Source of the DNA: Macrostomum lignano
Lineage: Eukaryota
DNA length: 64,000 bases
Assembly: GCA_002269645.1 (NCBI GenBank)
Contig: NIVC01000084.1
Location: 1-64,000, forward strand
Direction: 5' to 3'
Part shown: piece after piece, positions 1 to 12,040 of the stretch
How positions within the stretch are numbered: position 1 is the stretch's first letter
Layout of the letters: the number at the start of each line of letters is the position of its first letter
Program-made: the position numbers and the translations under genes
The notes under the pieces: model-generated
The model's input: only the letters and a program-made list of their open reading frames with translations
Database searches by the model: none
What the model was told of the DNA's origin: nothing

Positions 1-585
1 AAACATTTGCACCATACCATCCTCAGAGCAATGGAGCTGAAAGACTAGTACGAACACTGAAAGAGGCAATCAGAAGGTGGTGCTTCCTATCGGGCAGAGC
101 ATGGCGCTCATCAAGACAGATGAGGAACAACCAAAGTACAGGAAGGTTCACTTTGACCAAATTCAGCCATATGAACAGCCAAGTGAGCAAGCAGACGCAA
201 TGGCAGACCAACCGCGGACGGAAGAGCCTAGACCGGATGCAGAAGAAGACGCAAGTGCGAATAGTCCGGAGCCAGAACCGGATGGAGTTTAATGGGCTAA
301 GGCGCAGTCAGCGATTAATGCAAAAACCGCGAGTTGACTATGGTTGCTGATGCTGACTTCAGCAGCGAATTGACTGTTTCCAATCACTAACTGGCGTTAC
401 TTATTGTAAGGGGGAAGATGCTGTTTGTGGGCTCAATCAGTGCCATAGTGCCTTTTTGTATAAAATATAAGCTCTGCAGAGCGAAATAAAAAGTAATTCG
501 TTTAGCAAGACTCCGAGCGCTGAAAATATACAAGCATAAGACTCGTGTTACCTTTATGACTCCGACTCCCTAGTGCTACATAACA
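1..585 (+). mobile_element. 3' end of a Ty3/Gypsy LTR retrotransposon: pol tail, polypurine tract and probable 3' LTR
   Basis: Acidic/Pro-rich tail followed by the 'LRRSQRLMQKPRVDY' motif typical of Gypsy pol ends. Purine tract AAGGGGGAAGA (408-418) is directly followed by TG at 419; AATAAA at ~486; CA-ending candidates at 580/585. The right LTR boundary is uncertain. Confidence 0.55.
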
Positions 586-1689
586 GTTTGTGCTACACGT
601 CTGCGCTGCCCCAGCTCCACTAATACTTGCTTCTACCCAAAGTCGGAGTGGACTTTACGTCTGTGTAAATCTATAGCACATGAAACAATGGGAGATTATA
701 CATACGGTACTAGAGGTAAACAATAAGCAAAATCACGAGTGGCGTAAGCTGTTTTGCAGGCAAAGGTAATTATTTCTAGCACCTCATCAGAATAATGATG
801 GCAAGCAAAAGCGACACTTTGGAGTAGTTTTTTCATTTATACGAGATTTACGTTTGTATTTTTAGTAACTAAAAATGAGTACTTCAGCACTTTTTAAAAG
901 TAAGGAAAGACTTCTAGATAAAAATTGTGGAACATGATGTCTTGTTTACGAAATTAATGCCAATGACAAAAGGAACAAATAATGTCAATAGATTTAGCTG
1001 AATGCATATATTAGCTGTCAGTTTACCTGTCACCTAAATGTTATGCAAAGTTGTGGATAAAGCGCTGTTAAAGGTACGCCCATTCTTAGAGTGCAGTGAG
1101 CTATGCATGCTTACTTCTAGCGACATTGCCATAAGGAATGGTATCTTTTTAGATTTGGGTTAAAACTGCTGCTTTGTAGGTGGTAAAACAAATCTATCCT
1201 AATTAGCAAGTAAGCTGCAAAGTTTAAGGAGGGAATTCAGCCTGCGAAGGTCCAGACGGAGAAAGGCATTCGAGACAAGTATTTCGGTGTACTTCGCTGT
1301 AGACTAAGCCTCGTCGGTCATAATCATAAGCCAGGCTTCAATGCAAACAAGACTCGAATTATTTTTTGCAAATTGTAGCTACTTCCTAAATAAGACTCGC
1401 TTTACGGTTCTTTCTAAGAGCTCATCTTCTTGCATTACAGTAATGTAGTACAAGCTTCAATAAAAAAACAAACGGATGATTTGCTTTGGCATCCCAAAGG
1501 AATCTAAAAGGGATCTGCTGGCACACTATCACTTCAGTTTATCCCTATTATTCCAGATTTACAGTGTAAGCACCTAATAGGTTACACCCGTTAATGTAAG
1601 GAGATTTACTCAGCAATATTTCAATCTGAACCATTGCTAATTCCGTGGTCTTCATAAGCTGTTTTAATAGAATTCCGCCAACGTGGCAT

Positions 1690-1930
1690 CATGGCACTAG
1701 CGCTGCTGTACTAACACCGGATGGCCTGTCGGATTTCTTTGAGACACCTCTGGGATGCTTCAGGGAGACACGCTTGCGCCGTGCACTCACTGGGTGCTCT
1801 TTCTTCTAACGACGACGGCTTCCTGCTGCATCGACGCGTGGTTCGACGCCAACTGGAGTGGCGGCCCTCAGCACGCTTGGCTACGCCTGAAGAGTTTATT
1901 GGATGGTGATCAGTCACTCAATAACTCCCA
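1690..1930 (+). mobile_element. RTE-like LINE reverse-transcriptase fragment
   Basis: Encodes the 'GMLQGDTLAP' RT motif. Near-identical to the reverse complement of 43554-43655. Confidence 0.55.
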
Positions 1931-2214
1931 CTTCTAGACACTGGGGAACAGGTATATACAAAATCGAATAACTCTTACTGCAGCGGATCATCTTGTAGTT
2001 TGTAGACGTCTGGGTCTTGTAGTGTGTAGCGCTGTCTGACTTGGCTGAGCGGTGGCGGCGGCCGGTTCCGGTGAACCGCTGTTGTTTCTTGGAGTCCTTA
2101 ACTTTATCTGTGGGTCGACCAAAACGAGAGCGAATTAGAATTCTTGACGGTCCTCGAGCTCGGAATTAACAATAGAACGTATGAACAATTGACTTCTCTG
2201 AATATCTGTAATAG

Positions 2215-2261
2215 GTCCTCCTGAAGGGCGTCTTCTTTGTTACGTCCGAAACGTAACGGAC
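2215..2261 (+). ncRNA. degenerate minimal hammerhead-like motif (Penelope pLTR-type)
   Basis: GTCC..CTGAAG-GGCGT[loop]ACGTCC-GAAAC-GTA-..GGAC: stem II, GAAAC and a palindromic ACGT stem III are present, but A9 is missing and stem I has two mismatches. Confidence 0.3.
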
Positions 2262-2769
2262 AACTCAATTCAAATCAATAAATCCTTTAGGAATGTATCC
2301 TAGGAAACAAGGAGGCCTTTCTCAAATGTCTCGACAATAAGTGGCTCTCGTAGACTGAATTAATCAACTTGCTAGTGCTATAGGAAAGAACTAAATCAGG
2401 TAACGCTTACCAATCTATCCGGCTTTCTTCTTGGTTAACGTATTTCAAAGTCTTCATTAAGACCGCTCCGAGTCTGAATTTTTGACTCGGATTTTCGCTT
2501 ATATTTATAGTAAAATTTTGGTGAAAAACTGGTTTAAAATCGGTTATTTACTTAGCTCGTAGGTAACGTAAGTTTGATCATTACCATATATGGGATTAAG
2601 CAAATAAAACTCCAGAGAACCGGTTTCTTGATCAAATAAACGTTGATCCTACGTAGGGCTCTGACTCACTTCTGTTTGCATATGCAACTAATTCTAAAAA
2701 TAGATATTACTCATCATGACTCATTCTAAAAATGGATTGTTTAGAATTGTTTAGATTGTTTAGATAGCT

Positions 2770-4800
2770 GTAGGAATAAACTTGTCTCTGACTCTGATCA
2801 ATTCTTTGCCCAGACTCACGCTATTGTGAGTAGCAAGAAGAACAGGTTGATTCATGAAACTTTGAAACAACTGAGGGCTAATAAAGAGATTAAGGTTGTT
2901 GGCTATGATAAGGGTTACGGAGTTGCCATTCTTGATAGTGATGACTATCATAGAAAGTTGAATGACATCGTTAGTGATCAATCCAAGTTTCGTTGCTTAG
3001 GTCCTAACGACGAGGTGACGATGATGCACCCTGTGCTAAAGGCTGAACGCAGTATCCAAACCTACATCAGAACTCAGGTGAAGAGGTATGTGAAAGATGA
3101 AACGTACAAATGTATAATGCCCAGTGGTAGCCAGCCTGGCCAGTTGTATGGCCTGTGTTCAAAGTCCACAAAGAGGACAAGCCCCTGCGTCCCATCGTGT
3201 CTATGATTAATACTGCTGAGTATGAGTTGGCCAGGTTTTTAGACTCTATCATCAAGCCAAAAATGCGCCAAGAGTTTAGTGTCAATTCTAACCATCAGTT
3301 CATTGAAGCTCTGAAATCTGTGAGGCCGGACGGTAATGACAGTGTGTTCAGCTTTGATGTCACTTCGCTATTAACGAACATTCCTCTCAAGCTTGCTTTA
3401 GATCTTGTCACTGACGTTGTCTTTGTTGAGTCTCCTCCTGAAATACCTAAAGCGGTGTTTAGGAAGCTGCTGACTTTAGCTACTTCGGGTATCTTTCTCT
3501 TTCAAGACAAATACTATCGCCAAGTTGACGGGTGTGCTATGGGTAGCTCGCTTGCTCCAACGCTGGCTAACGTCTGCATGGCTTACTGGGAGAAGCAGTG
3601 GATGTCTCTTCCATGTGCTCCGACCTTTTATAGGAGGTATGTTGATGATACCTTTGCGATCTTCGATGAGGCTAGTAAGCAAAGTCAATTTCTCCAAGCG
3701 CTGAACTTTACTCACCCAAACATTCGGTTCACCGTGGAAGGGGGTGATAAGATAAGAAGTTGCCCTTTCTTGACATTGAGGTTGAGTTGAGTCTGGACAC
3801 TGTTAGCACTAAGGTGTAACGCAAACCCACGTTTACTGGTCTGATGCTCAACTTTAATGCGTTGTGGCCCGCGCCAATGGAAGGCTGGTCTTGTCCGTTG
3901 CATGATGCACAGAGCGTTCAGTATCTGTAGTACCTGGCAATCTTTCCACCAAGAAGTGGTCGAGCTCACTGACATTTTTCAACGTAATGGTTTCCCTAGG
4001 GGTTTTGTTGGTAAAGTGCTGAACAGATTTCTGACTAAGAAAATGACTGAGTCTAGTTTGACTGACGAAGCTAAGAGGTCGAATTCCAGTGATGTGCTGA
4101 TCAAACTCCCATTCCTTGGTGTCCCGTCCCTGAGTCTGGAAAAGAAGCTTAAAAGAACCTTCTTGAAGTATTTCAACTCTCGGGTCATGGTTGTGTTTCA
4201 GACCGCCAAAATCGGCCAGTTTGTTAGCAGGTTGAAGTCGAAGGCCCCTAGAGCTCTGTCTGCTGGTGTCATCTATCAATTTTGTTGCTCTGGTGATCAG
4301 AGCATTTCCTACATAGGAAAAACCAAAAGGCACCTGTACACAGGGCTAGGGAGCATAGAATGAATAACTCTGCTGTGCATGATCACTTGCTTAGTTGCAA
4401 TGCTTCTTGTGAGCATGAGCCGACTGAGCTTTTCATTGTTTTGGATAGATGTAAAATTGATGGCAAACTCAGAATGCTGGAAGCCTTGCTTGCAGGTGTA
4501 GGAGCCAGTTCACAGCTCAAAGTTTTCTAGGCTTGGTGTGGGTTTGCGGCTCTCTCCTCGCCATTATTGTTTGCTCTGTGTTTGTTTGTTCTTTGTGATG
4601 GCTAAAAATTTAATTTATTTTCGTCTCTTAATGTACAATTATCGACCGGACTGAACGTCTTATTACCCTGTACAGTTTTTGATTTTCTTTATTTATTTAA
4701 ATATACGGAACTGTTAATCATGAGTGCAAGCCCTGAAGATGACCGCCTGTGTCGAAACGCGTTGGCTGTAATAACAATTTACTCATACGTTGGTGTTGGC
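2770..4800 (+). mobile_element. Penelope-like retroelement (RT + GIY-YIG), frameshifted
   Basis: ORF pieces 2826-3206 (YDKG, LYGL), 3155-3790 (PLRPIVS, FDVTSL, GCAMGSSLAP, YRRYVDD) and 3857-4363 (GVIYQ..SYIGKTKR GIY-YIG), with frameshifts near 3160, 3770 and 4345. A hammerhead lies in the 3' end. Confidence 0.92.
4729..4770 (+). ncRNA. minimal type I hammerhead ribozyme
   Basis: AGCC-CUGAAGA-U-GAC(cgccugu)GUC-GAAAC-GC-GUU-GGCU: stem I AGCC/GGCU, stem II GAC/GUC, palindromic ACGCGU stem III. Located at the 3' end of a Penelope element. Confidence 0.7.
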
Positions 4801-4904
4801 CTTCATTTTTCTATTATTTATTAAACGAGCATCTCTACCAGATTGTGAGTTTAAAATGGTTTTATTAGAATATTACTTGAAGTAGTGCATTACGGTATGA
4901 CTAA

Positions 4905-5610
4905 CGGCTCTATACACGCCGACGATCTCGTCCTACTGTCATCGACCGTCAAGGCGCCCAACGCCAGCTGGAGCAGCTGGTAAATGTTGCGGCGAGCGTC
5001 GCCTTGTGGTCAAAACGCAGAAGACCGTCGTGCTCTGCGTGCAGGACGACATCGAGGCTGCTATTTTTTGCCGAGGCCGTGACGGACAGTTGACAAGGCT
5101 TCCGCGCTGTCAGCAGTTTTTCTATCTCGGCGGTCTGGTACCTGACGTTCGCCAGGATCTGCGACATCACCGTGGACTTTCCTGAGCTTCCTTCCGTTCC
5201 GCGAGGTCTGTCCTATAGTTCGAGGCCCTGTCTGACTTTGTAGGCGTCGATCGCGGTGTCGATCACTCCGAGGTTTATCACTCCGAGACCTGGACGCTGA
5301 CGGAATCGCTCGAACAGCAGATCGATGCGGCGTACGCTGACCAACTGCACGACGCCTTCAATATCGGCTACAAGCGAGTCAACAATGCGTCACTTTATCG
5401 CTGCACCGTCCCAGCGAACCGTTGCGCCGTCGGCGACTCCAGCTGGCAGGCTATTTCATGAGAGCCGAGTCGTACTGCCCGTAGCCGGTGTAGGAGGTGC
5501 TGCTGCTGACGCTGCAGGCACCCTACCGTCGACTGCCTGTCTGCTGATTCCGGCGCCCCGGAAACTGCTGGCGTTGCGGCCTACGTTCGCGCCCAAGCCT
5601 TGAAACGCGC
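4905..5610 (+). mobile_element. RTE-like LINE 3' half (RT to C-terminus), degraded
   Basis: 'Y.ADDLVLLSST' RT core at ~4915 and a downstream 'RRLQLAGY..RAESYCP.PV.EVLLLTLQ' RTE-type C-terminus. Homologous to 41590-42125. Confidence 0.75.
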
Positions 5611-8225
5611 CCTGTGACATTGTCCATAAGACACAGCCTGGCGTAATGACAAACTCAAGTGGCCATTGTGTGATTATGCTGTACGCACATTACTCAACGC
5701 TTAGGAATTATTATTTAAGGCTACTAAAAAAACATTCACGAGACAATGTGTTTGTGCATACGATTTGTCCATCTCCAAAACCTAATACACAGTCTATCAT
5801 TATTTCAGTCCCTTACCTACTACGCAATCACCATTGTCTAACGCTTGACTGGCTGAACAAAGTTTTTTGTTGTTTTTTGTGCTTAACAGAATATTCTTCC
5901 TTGGGGAAGATAGACAGTCGCTTGGGAATGCAGTGGAATCTGCATGACCAATCGCGGGATGCTTTCGGCTCATGTAGCTCGTATTCATGGGTTCGGCCAG
6001 GCGTGGTAAAGGCGGCATCTAACAAAAGTTAATATTGGTATTATTGTTATGAAATATTAACTATACTTTTAGTATTATGATTATGATTATTAATATGAAT
6101 GTTATTATATTTTTTATTACTATATAGTGTTACTAGACAACCGCACGCACAGGGGTTATTAAAGCACCCTCTGGTGGAAAATAGCTGTGTCCAGCCTAGC
6201 TGTAGATTGTGGGGTAAGGCCCAGACCCCGCAAGTCAAGGAGAAAATTTTGGTCAGAGTGGTGCGGCTTGGCCCCGGCGGAGTCTCCCACAGCCCAGACG
6301 CCTTGCTGAGGCGGCTCTCAGCGCCTGAAAACTTAAAAACAAAAACAAAAACAAACACAAAAAACAGCTTGCAAGAAGATTTTGGACAAAACCTAATGGT
6401 TTGGTCTGTCACTTGATGATCTGCCACTATCTGTCACTGTGACTTGATAATGTTCTGTCACTTGAAAAAAACGTTTAAAATAATGACAAGACCGATTTAA
6501 CATGAAAAATCGATTAATGCGTCGTTAGAGCAGCATGTGAGGCACAAAATATTGTGATTAGAACTTTCTCTGACACTTAAGAGACCCAATCACTGTTTTA
6601 GTGTTGAAAATCGTGAAATTTCCTATCTCCGTAGTGTATTATTTTGGTGAAACCTGCCTTTAAAACTATTTCTGAACAAAAAGCTTTATGAATATCGATA
6701 GAGCTATAAGAAAGGCAGGCACAACATATTAAAAGATTAATACTGGATCTGCCTCCTCTCAAAAGCAATAACAATTTTTGTGCTGAAAAAAATAAAACCT
6801 GCATTCTCTGTAGTCTTTTTTCGGCGAAAAGTTGCCTTCAAAACATTTACCATAGATTTCGAGTGTTGCGTCCTACTACTTAAGTTGTCCTTGCACGGGT
6901 GCACCGTGTTAACTTACTGTTCGAGCGAATCCCTCGAGCGGCTTCTAGCTCTTGCTACTAAAAAAAGAGGACGATCTGAACCACCAACTAAAACAACGCC
7001 GCTTCCTCAAACAACAAAGCTCGTCGCGACGCTGCAGATTTTTGCAGACAAACTGGTAAAAGTTTTCGAACTTCGCACAGCACGCACGCCGTCACTGGGT
7101 GCTCAAAGATTAAGAAAACCGAGACGAGACCAATTATGGGTCTAGCAGGAGCTGCTACTGCTGCAGCAAAATTCGGTTTAGCTGACAGCTGACAAGTGTC
7201 AATAAGCTTGATAAAGCCAAAATCTTGAATAGGAGAAAAATAGAGGCTACAAGCAACTTAAAACCAATTAAGCCCCGGATATTAACAGCACACTGTGGAA
7301 ATCTAGAATACTTCAAGCGTTGCTCACAGTTGCCGCCGTCCACCTGCAATCGAGTCCATTATAGTTTTCAAAAAATCGTCCAATCCTGCGCGGACTGCGC
7401 CACTGGCATGTTTCTCTACGAAGTGTTAATGTTTTACAAAAAACAAACCATTATTATTTTTTAACCACATTTAATATATGATTATTAAAAAAATTTGGGC
7501 CGATACCAGGGTATCAGTGTATATTTCTGGGAGCCAAAATTTAATCTTCAATGGAAATACTGAAAGTTCAACCCACCCGTTAGCCGCATGGCCATGGTAT
7601 ATGACAGTTTTCACTCAGGTTTGATTCACGTCACCCAGAAAACTAAACTATGGTCAAATAATTTTAACACGTAAAAAATCAGCTCAGTTGTTCAAACTTT
7701 TCAATAGCTAAGAAACTCGAAATTGAGGCTTAGCCTTAAATAAGGCTTTGGATTAGTTAGTAATGGAAAATATTTTTCCGAAGCAATATTCACACGAACT
7801 GCACGAATCAGAAAATCATCGCTTGGAAATTGCCAGGAGATTTCAGACAAAACTTAATGGAAAATATTTTCAAGTTAGAAAGTTATTTTCAGACGAGTTT
7901 CAATGCACTCTTACTTTTGATGGAATGCCAAAAAGCAGTAAAATTTGCCTGGCGACGAATTGTTTTAAATTTAAGTTTACAAGCCATAAAAATGCAAAAA
8001 ATATCTATGAATAAAATGCGAAGAATATTCTTCAGTAACTTAGATTGAAAGTTTTTATTTTAAATTCTACAAATCATAAAAAGTAACTTGAACTTTTAAA
8101 ATTTAAAAGTAAAAAGTAAAAATTTAAATTTACCATTTCATTTTTAAGCACTCAATCGGCGCATTGAAAAAAACCCATAAAGAATTCGATTCAATTTGAA
8201 GAAAATGAATTTCTGACCTCCCATT

Positions 8226-8474
8226 TGTTCTGTTGTTGAATTAACGAACGCAGAAACAAGATAGATAATTATCCGGGCGCTCAGTGGCACCAAAAGAAGG
8301 GGTTGGCCAATAGGAGGGCGGCTCGTATATTTATGCACGCGGGGAAGGAAAGTTCTAGAAAGACCGGGGAAGGAAACTTCTGGAACTATGCGTAAACAAG
8401 TCCGCGGTGGAAGTTTCTAGAAACGCTGTCCCCGAACTACCCCTACGCCTCGCATGCCTTTGCAATACACAACA
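8226..8474 (-). repeat. 3' LTR
   Basis: Direct repeat of 10648-10896, preceded on the minus strand by the PPT AAGGAGGGGAAGAA (8475-8488). Confidence 0.97.
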
Positions 8475-8571
8475 TTCTTCCCCTCCTTCAAGGAGTCCAA
8501 CAGTCCCCAAGCTTCACTTTAATCAGTCCCAGCGGCAGTTCATGAAGCGTATCGGCGGGTGCCTGGCTCGC

Positions 8572-10635
8572 TCAGATCGGCGGGGCGCTGCTGTTCTTGC
8601 CGGAGGCTCCGCCGCCGGTGCCGCCGGTGCCGCCGTGCCGGCTCCGGTCGTTGGCGCCGAGTCCACCAGTGGGTCGAACCGCTCTCTCGGCTGTGCCGGG
8701 TGCGGCGTTCGGATCAGCCGCTGCTGGTTCCACCTGGTGCCGTCGCTGAGCTCGAACGCGTGGTGTCCCACCTGATGGAGCACTTGTAGTGGCCGTGAGA
8801 GGCGGGTACCCAGCTTGCCCTTCTTGGTGGGCCGTCGGATTCTCACCCACTCGCCGGGGTGGAACGTCTCGGGGCGGGCCCTTCGTCTGGCATCGGTGTA
8901 GGCCTTGATCCGCTGCTGCCGCGCCTCGATTTGCTGCCGCAGTGCCTGAGGCGTCGCCTCGGTCATTGTCATTCCCCCTCCGGGAGACAGCATGGTGATC
9001 GCGGTGCGCCACTTCCGACCCAGCATGAGCTCGGCCGGTGACTTGCCCGTCAGGCTGTGCTTGGAGCTCCGGTAGGCAGACAAGAAGTTGGTCACGGCGT
9101 CTTGAAACGGCCTGTTCTCCACCATGGCCGCTCTGATGCTGGCGAGTAGCGACCGATTGAGACGCTCCGTCTGGCCGTTGGTTTGCGGATGGTAGAGGCT
9201 GGTCTTGACGTGCCGGATGCCCTGCTCGGCCAAGAAGTCCGAGAACTCGCTCGATGATGCCGTCCTTCTCCATCTTGTCGAGTTCGGCACCGACCTGCTC
9301 CTGTCGCATGAGGGGCAGGCGGCGGAGTGGCTGCTGGACGGGTCGCGCTGCTGGGTCGACCTTGGGCTGGTGTACAGCGCCGGCGCAGCATCCTATCGCA
9401 CCGCTGAAGGTCGTTGGGTACCGCGCCTGCAAGTCCGCCGTCAAGTCGCTGACCTTCGCGATTCCGGGTGGCTGCCCGCTAAGGTCGACTCGGAAGCCCA
9501 GCTTCTCCATCAGGTCTCTACCGACGATGTTGTCGCCGCCTGGCGCAACGAAGAACCGGTGCTGCATCGCCTTGTCGCCGTAGCGCACCTCCAGCTCGGT
9601 GACACCACTTAGCTGGATTGGCAGTCCGCCGTAGGCACGCAGCTTCGTCGTGGTGGGAGAGGTGACTGCACCTGAGATCCGGTCGGCGGTCTGTCGGGAC
9701 AGCAGCGACACCCTTGCGCCGCAGTCCACCATCAGGCTGACAGCGGTCCTGTCCGGTCCGAGTTCCAGCGTCGCCCGGACCTCCCTGTCGCCACCCGGCA
9801 CTGCGTAGACTGTGATCACCTCGTCCGCGGCATTGACAGCAGCCTGCTGGCTGCGACAGCAACTCCGGAAGTGGTTCTTCTTGCCACAAGCGTCGCATGT
9901 CTTGCCCTTGGCCGGACAGGGGGTCGTCGGTCCGTGGTCTCGCCCACAGCGTGTGCAGGCGCCGCCGGGTTTGGCCGTCCTGCCAGCTGGTGCTGGGCGG
10001 TGCCTCCCCTTTGCAGCGACCTTCTGGCCCCTCGGCTGTCGGATCGATTGGACGGCTGCCGTGCTCGAGGTTGATGGCGCCATCGCCTTGGCTTCTTTGG
10101 AGGCTTCCTCGATGGAGACCGCGATGCTGAGTGCTTTCGCCAGGTTGAGGTCCTCCACCTTCTCCGTCAGCAGCCTCTCTCGGATTCTGGGGTTACTGGT
10201 CTTCTCAGCCAGCTGGTCTCTGATGAGATCGTCCTGTATTGCGCCGTAGTTGCACAGCTCCGTCAGCTCCCTCAGGGCTGCCACGAAGGTCTTGACGTCC
10301 TCCCCGGGTAGCTGCTGGCGCTGGCGGAAGCGATATCTGGCTACCATCACGTTGGGCTTCTCGCCGAAAATTTTCTCGAGCTCCGCCTTAGTTGCTGCGA
10401 ACGTGTCGTTCTCCTTGATTGCTTGGCGTGCTCGAGCAACCCGCTGACCTTCGAACCCAAGCAGATGGAGCAGAAGGCTCCTCTTCAGCGGTTTCGCCTC
10501 TTCCTTCCCTTCGGGCTCCTTGAATTGGGCCGCCTCGTAATAAAATTCAAAGGCCTCAATCCATCGGCTCCATGGTACTGTCGGTGATCCGCAGTTCGCC
10601 AGGAAGGGCGTGGGTGCAGGGATGCTAGCCGCCAT
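8572..10635 (-). CDS. Gag-protease ORF fused out of frame to integrase-derived sequence (687 aa from the ATG)
   Basis: Capsid-like region, two zinc knuckles (CTRCGRDHGPTTPC, CDACGKKNHFRSCC), aspartic protease 'LMVDCGARVSLL', and the RT N-terminus up to 'KDGIIERV'. The tail after ~9250 is out of frame; the integrase frame is ORF 8523-9290 (SLYHPQTNGQTERLNR). Confidence 0.9.
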   Translation of the reverse strand: MAASIPAPTPFLANCGSPTVPWSRWIEAFEFYYEAAQFKEPEGKEEAKPLKRSLLLHLLGFEGQRVARARQAIKENDTFAATKAELEKIFGEKPNVMVARYRFRQRQQLPGEDVKTFVAALRELTELCNYGAIQDDLIRDQLAEKTSNPRIRERLLTEKVEDLNLAKALSIAVSIEEASKEAKAMAPSTSSTAAVQSIRQPRGQKVAAKGRHRPAPAGRTAKPGGACTRCGRDHGPTTPCPAKGKTCDACGKKNHFRSCCRSQQAAVNAADEVITVYAVPGGDREVRATLELGPDRTAVSLMVDCGARVSLLSRQTADRISGAVTSPTTTKLRAYGGLPIQLSGVTELEVRYGDKAMQHRFFVAPGGDNIVGRDLMEKLGFRVDLSGQPPGIAKVSDLTADLQARYPTTFSGAIGCCAGAVHQPKVDPAARPVQQPLRRLPLMRQEQVGAELDKMEKDGIIERVLGLLGRAGHPARQDQPLPSANQRPDGASQSVATRQHQSGHGGEQAVSRRRDQLLVCLPELQAQPDGQVTGRAHAGSEVAHRDHHAVSRRGNDNDRGDASGTAAANRGAAAADQGLHRCQTKGPPRDVPPRRVGENPTAHQEGQAGYPPLTATTSAPSGGTPRVRAQRRHQVEPAAADPNAAPGTAERAVRPTGGLGANDRSRHGGTGGTGGGASGKNSSAPPI

Positions 10636-10646
10636 CCTCGTCGCCA
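10632..10646 (-). other. primer-binding site complementary to the tRNA-Ser(GCU) 3' end
   Basis: Minus strand TGGCGACGAGGATGG, 1 nt inside the 5' LTR boundary, matches the 3' end CCAUCCUCGUCG-CCA of eukaryotic tRNA-Ser(GCU) as recalled. The gag ATG overlaps it. Confidence 0.85.
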
Positions 10647-10647
10647 A

Positions 10648-10896
10648 TGTTCTGTTGTTGAATTAACGAATGCAGAAACAAGATAGATAATTATCCGGGC
10701 GCTCAGTGGCACCAAAAGAAGGGGTTGGCCAATAGGAGGGCGGCTCGTATATTTATGCACGCGGGGAAGGAAAGTTCTAGAAAGACCGGGGAAGGAAACT
10801 TCTGGAACTATGCGTAAACAAGTCCGCGGTGGAAGTTTCTAGAAACGCTGTCCCCGAACTACCCCTACGCCTCGCATGCCTTTGCAATACACAACA
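10648..10896 (-). repeat. 5' LTR
   Basis: Direct repeat of 8226-8474. Confidence 0.97.
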
Positions 10897-11759
10897 CCAT
10901 TATTTTAATTGAAACATGAATAATCTCGAAAACTTTCAAATCGATAGATTTGTTAATTTAAACAAAATTTTCATTTCAAAATTGATTAAATTCATAATTA
11001 AATTACATGAGCACACTAGATGCATTTTAATCATTGATACTAAACATCCGTACTTTCAAACACAAATATTTGACTTAATACATTATTTACCGAATACATT
11101 TTAAACTAGAACAACCTGCACACAAGGCAGACACATGCGAAAAAACCTGCACACATGACATACACCCACCGAAACACCTGCACACATGGTAGAAGTAAGG
11201 TACCTTCTGCGTCCAAATTAGTTCTCTGCGCTGCTAGGCTGGAAGGCCGGGGAGTATAGTCCGGTCGCTAGCGGTCAGAGCGGTCGCTAGCGGTCGGTGG
11301 TCACAAAAATCGCTTCTGAGCCACCAGAAGGTGTCGAGCCTGGAGGAATCTTTTTTGGCATCCTGCCTGGTCAGGTGGAGCGGCCGGATAGTTTTCCTAC
11401 GATTTTGCGGGCCACAAGGCCCTCGAAATCGCCAGTGTCTGTCTGTGATTTTAGTCTATGGCATTTTTTATCAAGTGTAGAAATACATTGGGACAGAATT
11501 TTTGATTAAATACTCATTTGATCTTTGTTCTTTTTGCATTTTTGTATTGTTTGTCAAGTGAGCTACTCTCTCCGAATGCTACTTTGATAGTTATCGTCGC
11601 TGCCCGGACGCAACTGTCCCCTTTCTTCGGAAGTTTGAGCGCTACACCACCGCCTTTGGCAAGTGCCGTCGGACGGACGGTCAGTTCATTCAACATTAAA
11701 TTTAGCTGCAGCCTGAGCACCCTGGGCTCCTTGGCCACTCCCTGTGAGCCACACCATGT

Positions 11760-12040
11760 AAGTAATTCCCCTTGAGCTTTGACATCTCAAAATTTCCCTT
11801 ATAAGCCACAACATTTCAGGAATTCCCTCATAAATCTCGTGACGTCTTAAAATTCCTCATGTGCTCTGACAACTTAACGATTCCCCATGAGTGTCTTGAT
11901 GCTTTGGAAATTCCCTATGAGCCTTGAGATACGAAATTTCAGCAATTTCCTGCCTAAGCCATGGACTTTCTCTTCCTAGCTCGTAATGAGCCTTTACATC
12001 TTAGCAATTCCCTATAAGCCTTGATATCGTAGCTATATTG
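11760..12040. repeat. degenerate ~29-30 bp tandem repeat (AATTCCCT..TGAGCC..GAC core)
   Basis: About 8 diverged recurrences of aattcc(c)t/atgagcc motifs. Confidence 0.5.

Larger units (their letters stand above)
8226..10896 (-). mobile_element. Young non-autonomous Ty3/Gypsy (Mag-like) LTR element, 2671 bp, lacking RT/RNase H
   Basis: Two 249-bp TG...CA LTRs (8226-8474, 10648-10896) differing at one base by eye; 5-bp TSD CCATT (8221-8225, 10897-10901); PBS and PPT present; gag, protease and only the 3' half of integrase. Confidence 0.97.

Noticed and set aside
9205-10447. Several plus-strand ORFs of 65-145 aa inside the LTR element, and similar antisense ORFs over the GC-rich R1/R2 exons (e.g. 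60987-61757)
   Set aside because: Shadow ORFs on the antisense strand of GC-rich coding sequence.
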